Both the position numbers and the translations under genes were made by a program. This document shows, one piece after another, positions 1-8,916 of a stretch of DNA of 64,000 bases. The stretch's first letter is position 1; each line of letters begins with the position of its first letter. Source of the DNA: a virus; IMG/VR virus record IMGVR_UViG_3300032311_001249, positions 1 to 64,000 of that record; one strand, 5' to 3'. Below the pieces are notes generated by a model, which saw only the letters and a list, made by a program, of their open reading frames with translations, had not been told where the DNA came from and made no database searches.

Positions 1-1253
1 CTGGATTCTTGACCAAATCTGGTTGTTATTGCTCCATATGAATTATAAATTATAGAATAATCAGAATTTATTACATTCAATTGTCCTCCTAATATAGTTC
101 CATTAGAATTAGATATAGTATTTCCTGCACCATTTAATATTGTGCTATATGAACCATTAACATCAATAAAATTACTACTACCATTAATAACATTAGAATA
201 AACCCCTCTTGCAGTATTACCGGCACCATTAATAACATTAGAATTAGTCCCTGATGCAATATTATTATTACCATTATTAACATTAGAATAAGTCCCTGAT
301 GCAATATTATTATTACCATTATTAACATTAGAATAAGTCCCTGATGCATTATTACTACTACCATTAATAACATTAGAATTATTTCCTGATGCAGTATTAC
401 TATTACCATTAATAACATTAGAATAACTCTGCGTTGCAGTATTACTACTACCATTAATAACATTAGAATAACTCCCTGATGCATTATTATTAACACCATT
501 ATTAATATTAGAATTATTCCCTGATGCAGTATTAATATTACCATTAATAACATTAGAAGTACTCCCTGATGCAGTATTACTACCACCATTTAAAATGATA
601 GAATAAGAACCAGAAGATACTCTTGTGCTAATATCTCTAATTCTTTGAAAATCTATAGCAAATCTTCCTCTTTTATTACCATTAGTAGTAGTTGAATCTG
701 GAATTTGAAGAGAAAAACTACCATTTCCTTTTGCCACCAAAGCAATGTCCACGTTGGCAGAAATAGATGAAACCTGTAATGCAAATACTGGTATTGCTGA
801 ATTAATGGATGTTACAGATGATATTTCTCTAAATAAAGACAGTTGTTTATTCCATTCTGCACTATTTAAATTGACATTAGTATAAACATTTGACCAGTTT
901 GAACTATTAGATTGAACATTGGTGTATGTATTTTGCCAATTAGCAGTCAATATCTTGACATCAGTTCCCTGATAATTCCAATTTGCACTATTTGATTGAA
1001 CAGTAGAATAAACACTTATATTATTTGCACTTTGAATGCTAAAATTAGTAAAAGTATTTTGCCAGTTTGCTGTTAAAGATGATAGACTTGTGTTGCTTCC
1101 TCCAGAATTCCACAATGCACTGTATGTTGATACAGTAGTATATGTGCTATATAAATTAGCACTATATGAATTTGCCCATGTGGTAAACTTTGGATCAGTC
1201 TCATCATATGGGATTTTTTTTATTTTAACTACTTGACATTGTAAATTGCTCAC
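1..1253 (-). CDS. Tail fibre/adhesin-like protein with YadA-head-like 15-aa repeats (3' end runs off window)
   Basis: Not in ORF track. My translation from GTG at 1253 stays open to the window edge: MSNLQCQVVK...LTANWQNTYTNVQSNSSNW...DIALVAKGNGSFSLQIPDSTTTNGNKRGRFAIDFQR...(NGxxNxASGxxSNVI)n. Shares the DIALxAKGxGS...GNKRG...DxQ block with 21719..22819 and (more loosely) 22821..23993. TAAATA lies 5 nt upstream. Confidence 0.8.
   Translation of the reverse strand, partial: MSNLQCQVVKIKKIPYDETDPKFTTWANSYSANLYSTYTTVSTYSALWNSGGSNTSLSSLTANWQNTFTNFSIQSANNISVYSTVQSNSANWNYQGTDVKILTANWQNTYTNVQSNSSNWSNVYTNVNLNSAEWNKQLSLFREISSVTSINSAIPVFALQVSSISANVDIALVAKGNGSFSLQIPDSTTTNGNKRGRFAIDFQRIRDISTRVSSGSYSIILNGGSNTASGSTSNVINGNINTASGNNSNINNGVNNNASGSYSNVINGSSNTATQSYSNVINGNSNTASGNNSNVINGSSNNASGTYSNVNNGNNNIASGTYSNVNNGNNNIASGTNSNVINGAGNTARGVYSNVINGSSNFIDVNGSYSTILNGAGNTISNSNGTILGGQLNVINSDYSIIYNSYGAITTRFGQES
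186..590 (-). repeat. Coding tandem repeat, 9 x 45 bp (15 aa)
   Basis: ACCATT recurs every 45 nt on + (180, 225, 270 ... 585). Unit on - strand: AAT GGT nnT nnT AAT AnT GCA TCA GGG nnT nnT TCT AAT GTT AnT. Confidence 0.95.
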
Positions 1254-1291
1254 ACTATTATTTATGCAAACCGAATAAATAATAGTGTGAG
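1249..1291. promoter_or_regulatory. Perfect 17-bp inverted repeat forming a back-to-back TAAATA-N5-GTG late-promoter/start pair
   Basis: CTCACACTATTATTTAT (1249-1265), 9-nt spacer, ATAAATAATAGTGTGAG (1275-1291). Each arm contains TAAATA and the GTG start of a divergent gene. Confidence 0.75.
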
Positions 1292-1472
1292 TTTTCTTAA
1301 AGACATTCTGATAGCATTGGGTTTTTTGAATAAATTATTAGAATTTATTCAAAATATAATAGAAAATTATAAAAGAGTTAAAGAAAAAACAAAATTACAA
1401 GATTTGTCAAAAAAAACAGAAACTAATATAAAAGAAGGAAATATAGATGAATTAAACAAAAATCTTATATAG
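1287..1472 (+). CDS. Small membrane-anchored protein (possible i-spanin-like)
   Basis: 61 aa; short hydrophobic N-terminus then a charged coiled-coil-like tail; TAAATA-N5-GTG. Confidence 0.4.
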   Translation: MSFLKDILIALGFLNKLLEFIQNIIENYKRVKEKTKLQDLSKKTETNIKEGNIDELNKNLI

Positions 1473-1473
1473 T

Positions 1474-2721
1474 TTATTCATAATCAGACAATTTATATAC
1501 TTTGCTTTTAGAAGGAATAAAACTACGATAATTATTTGTTAAAAACCAATACCATTTTTCTGGTTTTTCAGGAACTACAGAATTACCAAATCCATCTGTT
1601 ATGATAAAAACAGCTTTAGGATATTGTTTTTTCTCTGTTTTCTTTATATTTTGTATTTTTTGTTCTATTATATCAAACAGAGTGCCTCCACCACCATAAA
1701 CCTTTCCAGATTCTAGAGTAGTTTCTACCACTCTGGTATCAAAACAGAATAATCTTATATTAAATTTATTTTTATCTAAACTTTTTGCAGCTTTAAAAAA
1801 ACGATCTTTTAAATTAATACAACTACCACTAGTATCTAAAAAGAAAAAAACATCAATTTTATTTTTTTCTTTGTATTCATCTAAAACTTTACAATTAGCA
1901 GGCAAATACACATCTTTTGTTATTATTTGAGAATATAAAGGATTAATTCTTTCCCATCTTTCTGTGGTCTCTATTGTTTCTTTTTTGTGTAAGTTTTCCC
2001 ATTTTTTAATAACACTCTCCCATTTCTTTTTCTTAGTAGCTTTTACATTTACACTATGCCAGCACCCAAAACCATTTGCTGATCTAGCAAATTCTTGGAG
2101 TTTTTCTGGAAGTTTATCAATAAACTGATCATCAATACTATCTAACACAGAAGAATTTTTAAGTTCATCTTGAATTTTTTCCAATTGTTTTTCAGAAAGA
2201 ACCTTGTGTTCATCCACTAATAAATGTTGAACATTTTTATTTTTTTCATCCTTTTTCAAAAGATTAAAATAATATTCTGTAGAATCATCATGGTTTACAG
2301 TCTGGTTTTTAAACACAGTATCAAACCAACAACCTTTATCTTTTAAACTATCAACCAAATCATTTCTAATAAATCCAAATCCATCGCACAGCATTTCATT
2401 GATAACCACATCAGCAGCATAATTCATGGTTTGAATGTCTTTTGTCCCATAATATTCAATAAATCTTTTACCATGATGCAAAAGCACATGCAACATTTCA
2501 TGGCATATTAAAAATAATCTAGAGTGTTCATTTAAAGATTCCCAGTAATTTGAGTTTATTGATAATTTTATGCTATTACCTTTTTCATCAAAATAGATGG
2601 CAGCAGTTGGTAATTCTGATGAATCTGTTACATCTATTTCTCCTATATCCCAGAATGCTCTAAAAAAATAATGATGATTTTGTAGCTTTTTGGCTATTTC
2701 TATTTTGTCTATGCAATTCAT
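1474..2721 (-). CDS. HEXXH metallopeptidase-like + VWA domain protein (DUF2201-type)
   Basis: HEMLH motif, NYAADVVIN, C-terminal DTSGS MIDAS motif with GGGGT and ITDG; coupled to the upstream AAA ATPase. Confidence 0.85.
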   Translation of the reverse strand: MNCIDKIEIAKKLQNHHYFFRAFWDIGEIDVTDSSELPTAAIYFDEKGNSIKLSINSNYWESLNEHSRLFLICHEMLHVLLHHGKRFIEYYGTKDIQTMNYAADVVINEMLCDGFGFIRNDLVDSLKDKGCWFDTVFKNQTVNHDDSTEYYFNLLKKDEKNKNVQHLLVDEHKVLSEKQLEKIQDELKNSSVLDSIDDQFIDKLPEKLQEFARSANGFGCWHSVNVKATKKKKWESVIKKWENLHKKETIETTERWERINPLYSQIITKDVYLPANCKVLDEYKEKNKIDVFFFLDTSGSCINLKDRFFKAAKSLDKNKFNIRLFCFDTRVVETTLESGKVYGGGGTLFDIIEQKIQNIKKTEKKQYPKAVFIITDGFGNSVVPEKPEKWYWFLTNNYRSFIPSKSKVYKLSDYE

Positions 2722-4322
2722 TATATGCTTAATAAGCTTGTTATATTATCTGAATCAGAAATTGTCAAAACACTTCTTATGTCTTGTAATTTCTTTAAGA
2801 AAGACTCTGGTAATACTGATGCGCATTTGCCGTTTATATAGTTTATAAATTCTTGTATTCTGTTGCTGGATATTTTAGATGTATTAGCATTCAAGTCATT
2901 TACAAATTGCTTTAACTCTTCTTCTGACAATTCTTCTTTAGCAAAAACACAAGCATTACCTAATAATTTTAAAAAGTTTTTATCATTTTGAATGGTTGCT
3001 TTTTGCATGCTTCTTAAATTACTCATCATAAAATTTATGAAATGATGTTTGTTGGATATATTTTTTAAACAATTAACAGCACAAATCATGGCCTTTCTTC
3101 TATCAGAAGTTGTTATATTATATATGGTATTGCTACAGTCATATTTTTTAGGTTTATTTATTCCATTCCATTGATACATACAATCAGAGAATGCATCTGG
3201 TTGATTACTGTTGGAAACGTTTATTATCACAAAATTAGATTGATTGCCAACAAAATTCATAGCATTCATGGGTTGTTCTACTATGTAATTTTGATTTAAC
3301 AGACTTTTTAATATTTTAACACAGATATGATTTGGATTACTTTTTGCAATTTCTGTGAATATTTCTCTATAGATTGGATCTTTTGTTAAAGTTTGATAAA
3401 TTGAGTAATTTTGGAAATTTTGGTTAATTTTTATTTCCTCTGTTATAAATTCCTTGGAGACATATTTCCAAAATTTCCAATAGTTTTCATTTTTTAATTT
3501 GTTTTTATATTTCAAGAAATTTTTATCATCTTTTAAGAAATCTCTCATACCTTCTTCTGTGGGATTATTCAAAAGCATGTTGATTAATTCTTGTGTTTCA
3601 TCAAGAGATAACTTTTTGATTAATTCTTTAAAATTAGCAGAAACTGGTAATAGATATTTAATATCCAAACCTTTTTTAAAACATTCTCCCACATAATCCA
3701 GTCTTCTAGGACTAAGAATTTTAAGAGCTTCTTTTGGTTGTTCTTTCCACCAATCAATCAAAATTCTACCATGAAAATCACCGTATTTATTTTTAAAATA
3801 AGATGAATCTGGTTCATTAGGTAATTCTACCACCACATGAAAACGGTCTAATTGTGCAGGATCAAGTTCATCCACATCATATTCACCAGATGATTCATCT
3901 TCTTCATTTTTTGGAGGATTCACTGCTCCCCACACCATTTTAAGATTTGGAAATTTTCTACCATTTATACTTTTGAATTGTTGTAATTCAAGCAGAGCAT
4001 TTCTAACAACTTTGTTTGTTCTGTTCCATTCATCACAAAAAATAGCCTCTACATCATGGTCTAAATTTTCTGGTAAAACAAATTCCATTTTTTCTCTGCC
4101 ATTTTCATCAATTTTAGCTTTGGGGATACCCAACAAGTGAATCCAAGGATCAAGTGTTGCTCCTGAAAAATAAGCATATTTCAGCTTATTTCTTTTGAAA
4201 GTTTCTATTATTTGATGACTTTTACCTACTCCTTTTTCTCCAACAAGAAGCACGTTCACGCTGGCATTAACCCATTGGTCTAATATTTCTGAATTTAATT
4301 TACATTTATTGAATTTTATCAT
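2721..4322 (-). CDS. MoxR-like AAA+ ATPase with long C-terminal extension
   Basis: Walker A GEKGVGKS, Walker B IFCDEWNR, AVNP and LDPAQLDRF motifs. Confidence 0.85.
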   Translation of the reverse strand: MIKFNKCKLNSEILDQWVNASVNVLLVGEKGVGKSHQIIETFKRNKLKYAYFSGATLDPWIHLLGIPKAKIDENGREKMEFVLPENLDHDVEAIFCDEWNRTNKVVRNALLELQQFKSINGRKFPNLKMVWGAVNPPKNEEDESSGEYDVDELDPAQLDRFHVVVELPNEPDSSYFKNKYGDFHGRILIDWWKEQPKEALKILSPRRLDYVGECFKKGLDIKYLLPVSANFKELIKKLSLDETQELINMLLNNPTEEGMRDFLKDDKNFLKYKNKLKNENYWKFWKYVSKEFITEEIKINQNFQNYSIYQTLTKDPIYREIFTEIAKSNPNHICVKILKSLLNQNYIVEQPMNAMNFVGNQSNFVIINVSNSNQPDAFSDCMYQWNGINKPKKYDCSNTIYNITTSDRRKAMICAVNCLKNISNKHHFINFMMSNLRSMQKATIQNDKNFLKLLGNACVFAKEELSEEELKQFVNDLNANTSKISSNRIQEFINYINGKCASVLPESFLKKLQDIRSVLTISDSDNITSLLSI

Positions 4323-4330
4323 AATAGTGT

Positions 4331-4358
4331 ATCATACACCATTATGCTAATTCTTCAA
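4331..4358 (-). promoter_or_regulatory. Sigma70-like promoter for the AAA-VWA pair
   Basis: TTGAAG-16-TATGAT, 8 nt before ATG. Confidence 0.45.
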
Positions 4359-5601
4359 CAGAAATGTTTGCTAGAGCCATCAACTCTTTTATTTTCTTAA
4401 TAACATTTTCCTTGCTAACATTATCAGTTTCTTCATAAACATAAACATTATCATCATAATTTATACAATAAGGATCAAGAAAACTAGTTACTATAAGACC
4501 ATTCAAGTAAGGATATTGTAATACTGTCCAAGAATAATGGTCTGGTGAATCTGTTGGATATGGATTTTCTACTCTGCCACAACGATTGGAATCTTCTGTT
4601 AATTTACCATAACCACAAGAATTCACTGCTATCAACTCTGCAAAACCATCAGCACTAGGAGCAGGAAGAGTGAATTTTAATGTATTATCATCTTTTTGGA
4701 ATTCTTTTACAGGATAGCCAAAAAAGGAATTTAATGCTGTAAAGGGCTGATATTCTGTTAGAGGATACATGTTTGGATTTGAACCACTAACAAATATTGC
4801 ATTAACATCTCCTAAACTATAACCTTGAAGTTTTATGGTTGGTTCTCTTCCTTCTACTATATAATAAGGAGAAACATATCTTAATAATGGACGACCAGTT
4901 ATAGCATAGCTGTCAGTTTGTAGATTTGTTGAATATTCTAATAGATTATCATAATTACAATAGAATTTATCAGTAAATGTATAATCTGTTTTTATAAAAC
5001 ATATGGGTTTTGAATTTTCTATATTGGCTTTAAAAATATAGCCTTTAATGGTAAAACTAGTGGATGCTGTGATTCTAAAAGGAGGGTCTTTTGGACCTTG
5101 TTCTTTGGCAGGATAACTATAAGAAATTGTTCCATCCCATAATATTTCTGTTCTTAACTCTCTGCCACTTTTGGGTTCTTGCCAAGATACTATCACATAA
5201 GGATTGGTATTAACAGAAAAATTTTGCACTATTTGGTCCATATCTTCCTGAAATTTTGAAAGAATTGTCATTTCAACACTAATATTCCAAGGAATTACTT
5301 TTAAATTAACAAAAGTTCCATCATCATTCTTGTAAATTATATCATCAATTTTATTTTTTACTCTCTCATTATCTCTTCCTTGACTTTTTATTTCTATTGC
5401 CATTGCTGGCAATTTTATAGTATCTGTCAGACCAATTATATCAGCAATAATGTGACTTTTAGGAGCAAAAGTCAAAGGCACTTTGATTGTTTCTTTTGCA
5501 TATTTTTTACCATCAAATCTTTTTATTTTCACATCATTGAATGCTGCTGCAAAATGAGTCAAAAGTGTTCTTATTTCAAAATTATAGTTGTATTCCTGCA
5601 T
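4342..5601 (-). CDS. 15: Tail terminator/sheath stabiliser gp15-like with C-terminal Ig/IPT-like extension
   Basis: F..AFNDV.I.R, VPLTFAPK, LPAMAIE, PWNISVEM...DMDQIVQ match T4 gp15. Start moved to second Met (TAAATA-N6-ATG). Confidence 0.8.
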   Translation of the reverse strand: MQEYNYNFEIRTLLTHFAAAFNDVKIKRFDGKKYAKETIKVPLTFAPKSHIIADIIGLTDTIKLPAMAIEIKSQGRDNERVKNKIDDIIYKNDDGTFVNLKVIPWNISVEMTILSKFQEDMDQIVQNFSVNTNPYVIVSWQEPKSGRELRTEILWDGTISYSYPAKEQGPKDPPFRITASTSFTIKGYIFKANIENSKPICFIKTDYTFTDKFYCNYDNLLEYSTNLQTDSYAITGRPLLRYVSPYYIVEGREPTIKLQGYSLGDVNAIFVSGSNPNMYPLTEYQPFTALNSFFGYPVKEFQKDDNTLKFTLPAPSADGFAELIAVNSCGYGKLTEDSNRCGRVENPYPTDSPDHYSWTVLQYPYLNGLIVTSFLDPYCINYDDNVYVYEETDNVSKENVIKKIKELMALANISVEELA

Positions 5602-5627
5602 ATACATTATTTAGTATAAATAAATAC

Positions 5628-6401
5628 ATGGCATATAATGTTCCCTTTTCTTTAAACCCTAGATTTTCAACTTCTTTTGATTCTTCCAAAAGAAAAATAG
5701 AAAATTTAGGGCAAACCGGAATAGCAGTTTCCGAAAACAGATATGTTCCAACTTGTTATGATTCTATATCAAACGTGAAAGATAATTACAGAGGAATGGT
5801 GGAAAATTATGCACAGAATTATGGAATGGAAATTTCTTATTGGAGTACTGGATACGACATACAGGACAGCAACAAACTATATGGAGAAAATCCAACTGCC
5901 AGATACAGAGGCCCAAGAAAAATAAAAGCCATAATAGATTTTCAAAGTTACTCAACATTTTTAACAAAATGGGGCGTTATGAGTGATTTGGATATTATAA
6001 TTTATATACCTATAAAAGATTTTCAAAAGGTGTGGGGACAAGTATATCCACTAGCAGGAGATTTATTTTTAATAGATGATTCTAGTTGTGACCGTCCTTT
6101 AGGACAATCTCCTATAGTTTTTGAAATCACCGAAAAACATGATAGTATAAATCCTGCTGATTTTATGGCAGGTCACTATATCTGGAAAATACAAGCCAAA
6201 AGATTTGATAATTCCTATGAACCGGGAGCACCACAAGAGAAATTTCTTGGTGGACCTGTGGATTCTAAAGAATATGGTAAGATTGAGAGTGATATAGACC
6301 AAACCGATGTGAATACTTCTGAAAACAATCATGATGTTGATGTTGATGCAAAAGATGATTTTCAAACTCCTAATTCATCAATTTATGGTAAATATTTCTA
6401 A
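5628..6401 (+). CDS. 14: Neck protein gp14-like
   Basis: YGMEISY...KLYGENP, FLTKWG, PLAGDL, FEIT...Y.WKIQAKRF. Start at Met30 of the track ORF (TAAATA-N5-ATG). Confidence 0.75.
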   Translation: MAYNVPFSLNPRFSTSFDSSKRKIENLGQTGIAVSENRYVPTCYDSISNVKDNYRGMVENYAQNYGMEISYWSTGYDIQDSNKLYGENPTARYRGPRKIKAIIDFQSYSTFLTKWGVMSDLDIIIYIPIKDFQKVWGQVYPLAGDLFLIDDSSCDRPLGQSPIVFEITEKHDSINPADFMAGHYIWKIQAKRFDNSYEPGAPQEKFLGGPVDSKEYGKIESDIDQTDVNTSENNHDVDVDAKDDFQTPNSSIYGKYF

Positions 6402-6418
6402 AAAATATAAATAAAATT

Positions 6419-7099
6419 ATGAATATATCAAGAAAATTAATTATTGAAAAGCCAAATTATGAATTGGAGTTTCTGAGCGAACAAACAAACAGAGACAATG
6501 AGAAAAGAATTTATATAAGAGGCCAATATATAATGATGAACCATGGAAACAAAAACAGAAGAAAATATCTAGAAGAAGATATGGTTCCTGCTGTTGACAC
6601 TTACATCAAAGAATATGTGGAACAAAACAGAGGTGGGGGTGAACTCAACCACAGCACCAATCCTGATGTTGATTTGGGAAAATTAGCTGATAAGATAATA
6701 TCTCTTGAAAGAGATAAACATGATACAAACTATTATATAGGTAAATCACTTATTCTTTCAACTCCTAGTGGTAAAATACTAGAAAGTTTGGTGCATGATG
6801 GTGTTCGTTTTGGTAAAAGCACAAAATGTTTGGGTCAAATTTCAGAAAGTTCTGATGGTTTTAATGTGGTTAAAAGTCCCATAGTTCTTTTAGTGGACAA
6901 CGTTTTTGACCCTAGTGTGGCAACAGCCTTTGTTAATGGTATTTTAGAAAATAAAGAATACATCATATCAGATGATGGCAGAATAGCAGAAGCTTATGGT
7001 AAATTAGAAAAAAGTTTATCAAAATATCCCGGTAAACACAGAGATGCAATAAATCAATACATCAGAGAATCTTTAGAAAAATTTTTACAATCAATATAA
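6419..7099 (+). CDS. 21: Prohead protease gp21
   Basis: IYIRG, NKNRRKY, GELNH, ILSTPSGKIL, GKSTKCLG (catalytic Ser), DNVFDPS, AFVNGILENKEY. Confidence 0.92.
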   Translation: MNISRKLIIEKPNYELEFLSEQTNRDNEKRIYIRGQYIMMNHGNKNRRKYLEEDMVPAVDTYIKEYVEQNRGGGELNHSTNPDVDLGKLADKIISLERDKHDTNYYIGKSLILSTPSGKILESLVHDGVRFGKSTKCLGQISESSDGFNVVKSPIVLLVDNVFDPSVATAFVNGILENKEYIISDDGRIAEAYGKLEKSLSKYPGKHRDAINQYIRESLEKFLQSI

Positions 7100-7100
7100 T

Positions 7101-7442
7101 ATGAAAAACAATCTTGAACAAATATATGAACAAATGATGAATCCTGTCTTATTAAGAGTTGTTCGTCAACCAGCACCTCTCTCTCCTGTTAAAATAATAA
7201 AAGCTACTAGAGAAGAAATGGAAGATGAGGAACATGAAGAAAACGAGGAGGAAATGGAAGAAGATTTAACAGAAAAACAAGAAGTAGAAATTGCTAGAGA
7301 AATTTTAACACATGTTTCAGAATTGGACGACATTGCAAAAGAAGCCATGTACAAGAGTTTTAGGAAAAAAATAGAAAGTTGTTCTGATAAAATTAGAAAA
7401 TTAGCAAATGAATTGATAGAAGGACACGGATACGATGTATAA
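7101..7442 (+). CDS. Acidic small protein, probable prohead core/internal protein
   Basis: Directly after gp21; Glu-rich tract; N-terminus MKNNLEQIYE. Confidence 0.5.
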   Translation: MKNNLEQIYEQMMNPVLLRVVRQPAPLSPVKIIKATREEMEDEEHEENEEEMEEDLTEKQEVEIAREILTHVSELDDIAKEAMYKSFRKKIESCSDKIRKLANELIEGHGYDV

Positions 7443-7445
7443 AAT

Positions 7446-7473
7446 AAAAAAGGGAGCTTTTGCTCCCTTTTTT
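7446..7473. terminator. Bidirectional intrinsic terminator
   Basis: AAAAAAGGGAGC-TTTT-GCTCCCTTTTTT between convergent genes. Confidence 0.85.
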
Positions 7474-7474
7474 A

Positions 7475-7744
7475 TTAATTATTTTCTAATATAGTTTTTA
7501 GTGAATCTAGACTCATAAGACCCACATTTCTCCATATCTCAACATTATCTTTGAGTAGAATCAAGGTTGGAACAGCTCTTATTCCAGCATTTACAACTTC
7601 TTCCATGGGAATAGAATAAGTGTCTTTTTCAACAAATTCTACTTTTTCTGAAAAAATATTTTTTAGTTCTTCTAAGATTGGTTTGAGTGCTTTGCATGGT
7701 CCACAATATTCGTGTCCATATTTTACTAATTTAAGTGTTTTCAT
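7475..7744 (-). CDS. trxA: Thioredoxin
   Basis: YCGPCK active site, GIRAVPTL cis-Pro loop. Likely start MKTLK at 7744 behind TTGAAT-16-TACTAT. Confidence 0.9.
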   Translation of the reverse strand: MKTLKLVKYGHEYCGPCKALKPILEELKNIFSEKVEFVEKDTYSIPMEEVVNAGIRAVPTLILLKDNVEIWRNVGLMSLDSLKTILENN

Positions 7745-7813
7745 ACCATGATATAGTAACATATTTACGGAAAAATTCAAATATTTTCTAAAATAACTGT
7801 AAATATATTACAT

Positions 7814-7984
7814 ATGTCAGACAAAATTAGATCACACATAGCTAATATGATTTATCACTTAAACACTGAAAACAGAGCACAAGCGGATAATCATCTCAAA
7901 CAAATAATAGATTATAAAGTAAAAAATTTATATTCTGCTGAATTTCAAAAAGTAAAACAGTCATTTTCGAAAGAAAATATGTAA
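7814..7984 (+). CDS. Prohead core protein gp67-like (56 aa, below ORF-track cutoff)
   Basis: MSDKIRSHIANMIYHLNTENRAQADNHLKQIIDYKVKNLYSAEFQKVKQSFSKENM. Helical pattern resembles gp67; lies just upstream of gp22. Confidence 0.55.
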   Translation: MSDKIRSHIANMIYHLNTENRAQADNHLKQIIDYKVKNLYSAEFQKVKQSFSKENM

Positions 7985-8002
7985 AAATATATAAATAATT
8001 TT

Positions 8003-8890
8003 ATGTTAACAGAAATTAAATCAATTTTCGAATCTGTAGATAAGGATATTCTTTCCGAAGATACATTACAATCAATTTCTAATCTAGTAGAAGAAAAAGT
8101 CAACAGTAAAGTTGAAGAACGTGTTTCTCTAGAATTAGAAAATGCAATCAAAACTCAATATGAAAAATTCAAAGTAGTCTCAGAAAAAGCTATTGCTGCT
8201 ATTGATGCTGATCACACTGCAAAAATCAAAAATGTAGTTGAAGCAATTGTAAAAAATAATGACCAAAAACTTTTAACAGTTCATGAAGGTTACAAGAAAA
8301 TAATCAAAGACACTGCTGTTAGAGATCGTGATAGCATCATAGAGAGCGTTAGTGAATTTTTGGATATGTACATTGAGAAAAATCTTCCAATGGAAGAAAT
8401 CCAAAAAGCTGCAAAAAATCAATATGCTGTTAAAGCTGTTGAAGAAGCAAGAAAAATTCTTGGCGTTGATGACAAATACATCAAAACCAACATCAAAGAA
8501 GCTCTTGTTGATGGCAAACGTCAAATGGATGTGCTTGTAAAAGAAAATGCAGAATTGAAAAAAGCTAAATTAATAGCAGAAAGCAAAAAAGCTTTAGCAG
8601 AAAAAACAGCAAATTTACCAGTAGAAGCTGCTAAATTTGTAAAAAGCAGACTAGAAGGAAAATCTGCTGAATTCATAAAAGAAAATTTCCAGTATGTAAT
8701 AGACATGTTCTCTCGTCAAGAAAAGAAAGAAAGAAACAAGGCATTACTTAATGAGAATAAACAATTTAACGTTGATCGGAACAGGGTAGCCGATGAAATC
8801 TTAAAAACAGAAACGAAAACCACTAATAATGTAAACCAAAACAACCCTATGGAAGACATCTATTTAAGTGGTCTAAATTTCAGAAAATAA
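8003..8890 (+). CDS. 22: Prohead scaffolding protein gp22
   Basis: Coiled-coil, LSEDT...VSEFLDMYIE, C-terminal PMEDIYL; immediately before gp23. Confidence 0.85.
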   Translation: MLTEIKSIFESVDKDILSEDTLQSISNLVEEKVNSKVEERVSLELENAIKTQYEKFKVVSEKAIAAIDADHTAKIKNVVEAIVKNNDQKLLTVHEGYKKIIKDTAVRDRDSIIESVSEFLDMYIEKNLPMEEIQKAAKNQYAVKAVEEARKILGVDDKYIKTNIKEALVDGKRQMDVLVKENAELKKAKLIAESKKALAEKTANLPVEAAKFVKSRLEGKSAEFIKENFQYVIDMFSRQEKKERNKALLNENKQFNVDRNRVADEILKTETKTTNNVNQNNPMEDIYLSGLNFRK

Positions 8891-8916
8891 ACAAAAACTT
8901 ATAAATATATAAACAT

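Noticed and set aside
134-589. 151-aa hydrophobic ORF in the track
   Set aside because: Off-frame shadow of the 45-bp repeat; the real frame is the longer fibre gene 1..1253 with paralogs in the window.
186-590. CRISPR array
   Set aside because: Units are contiguous, in-frame and lack unique spacers; no cas genes.
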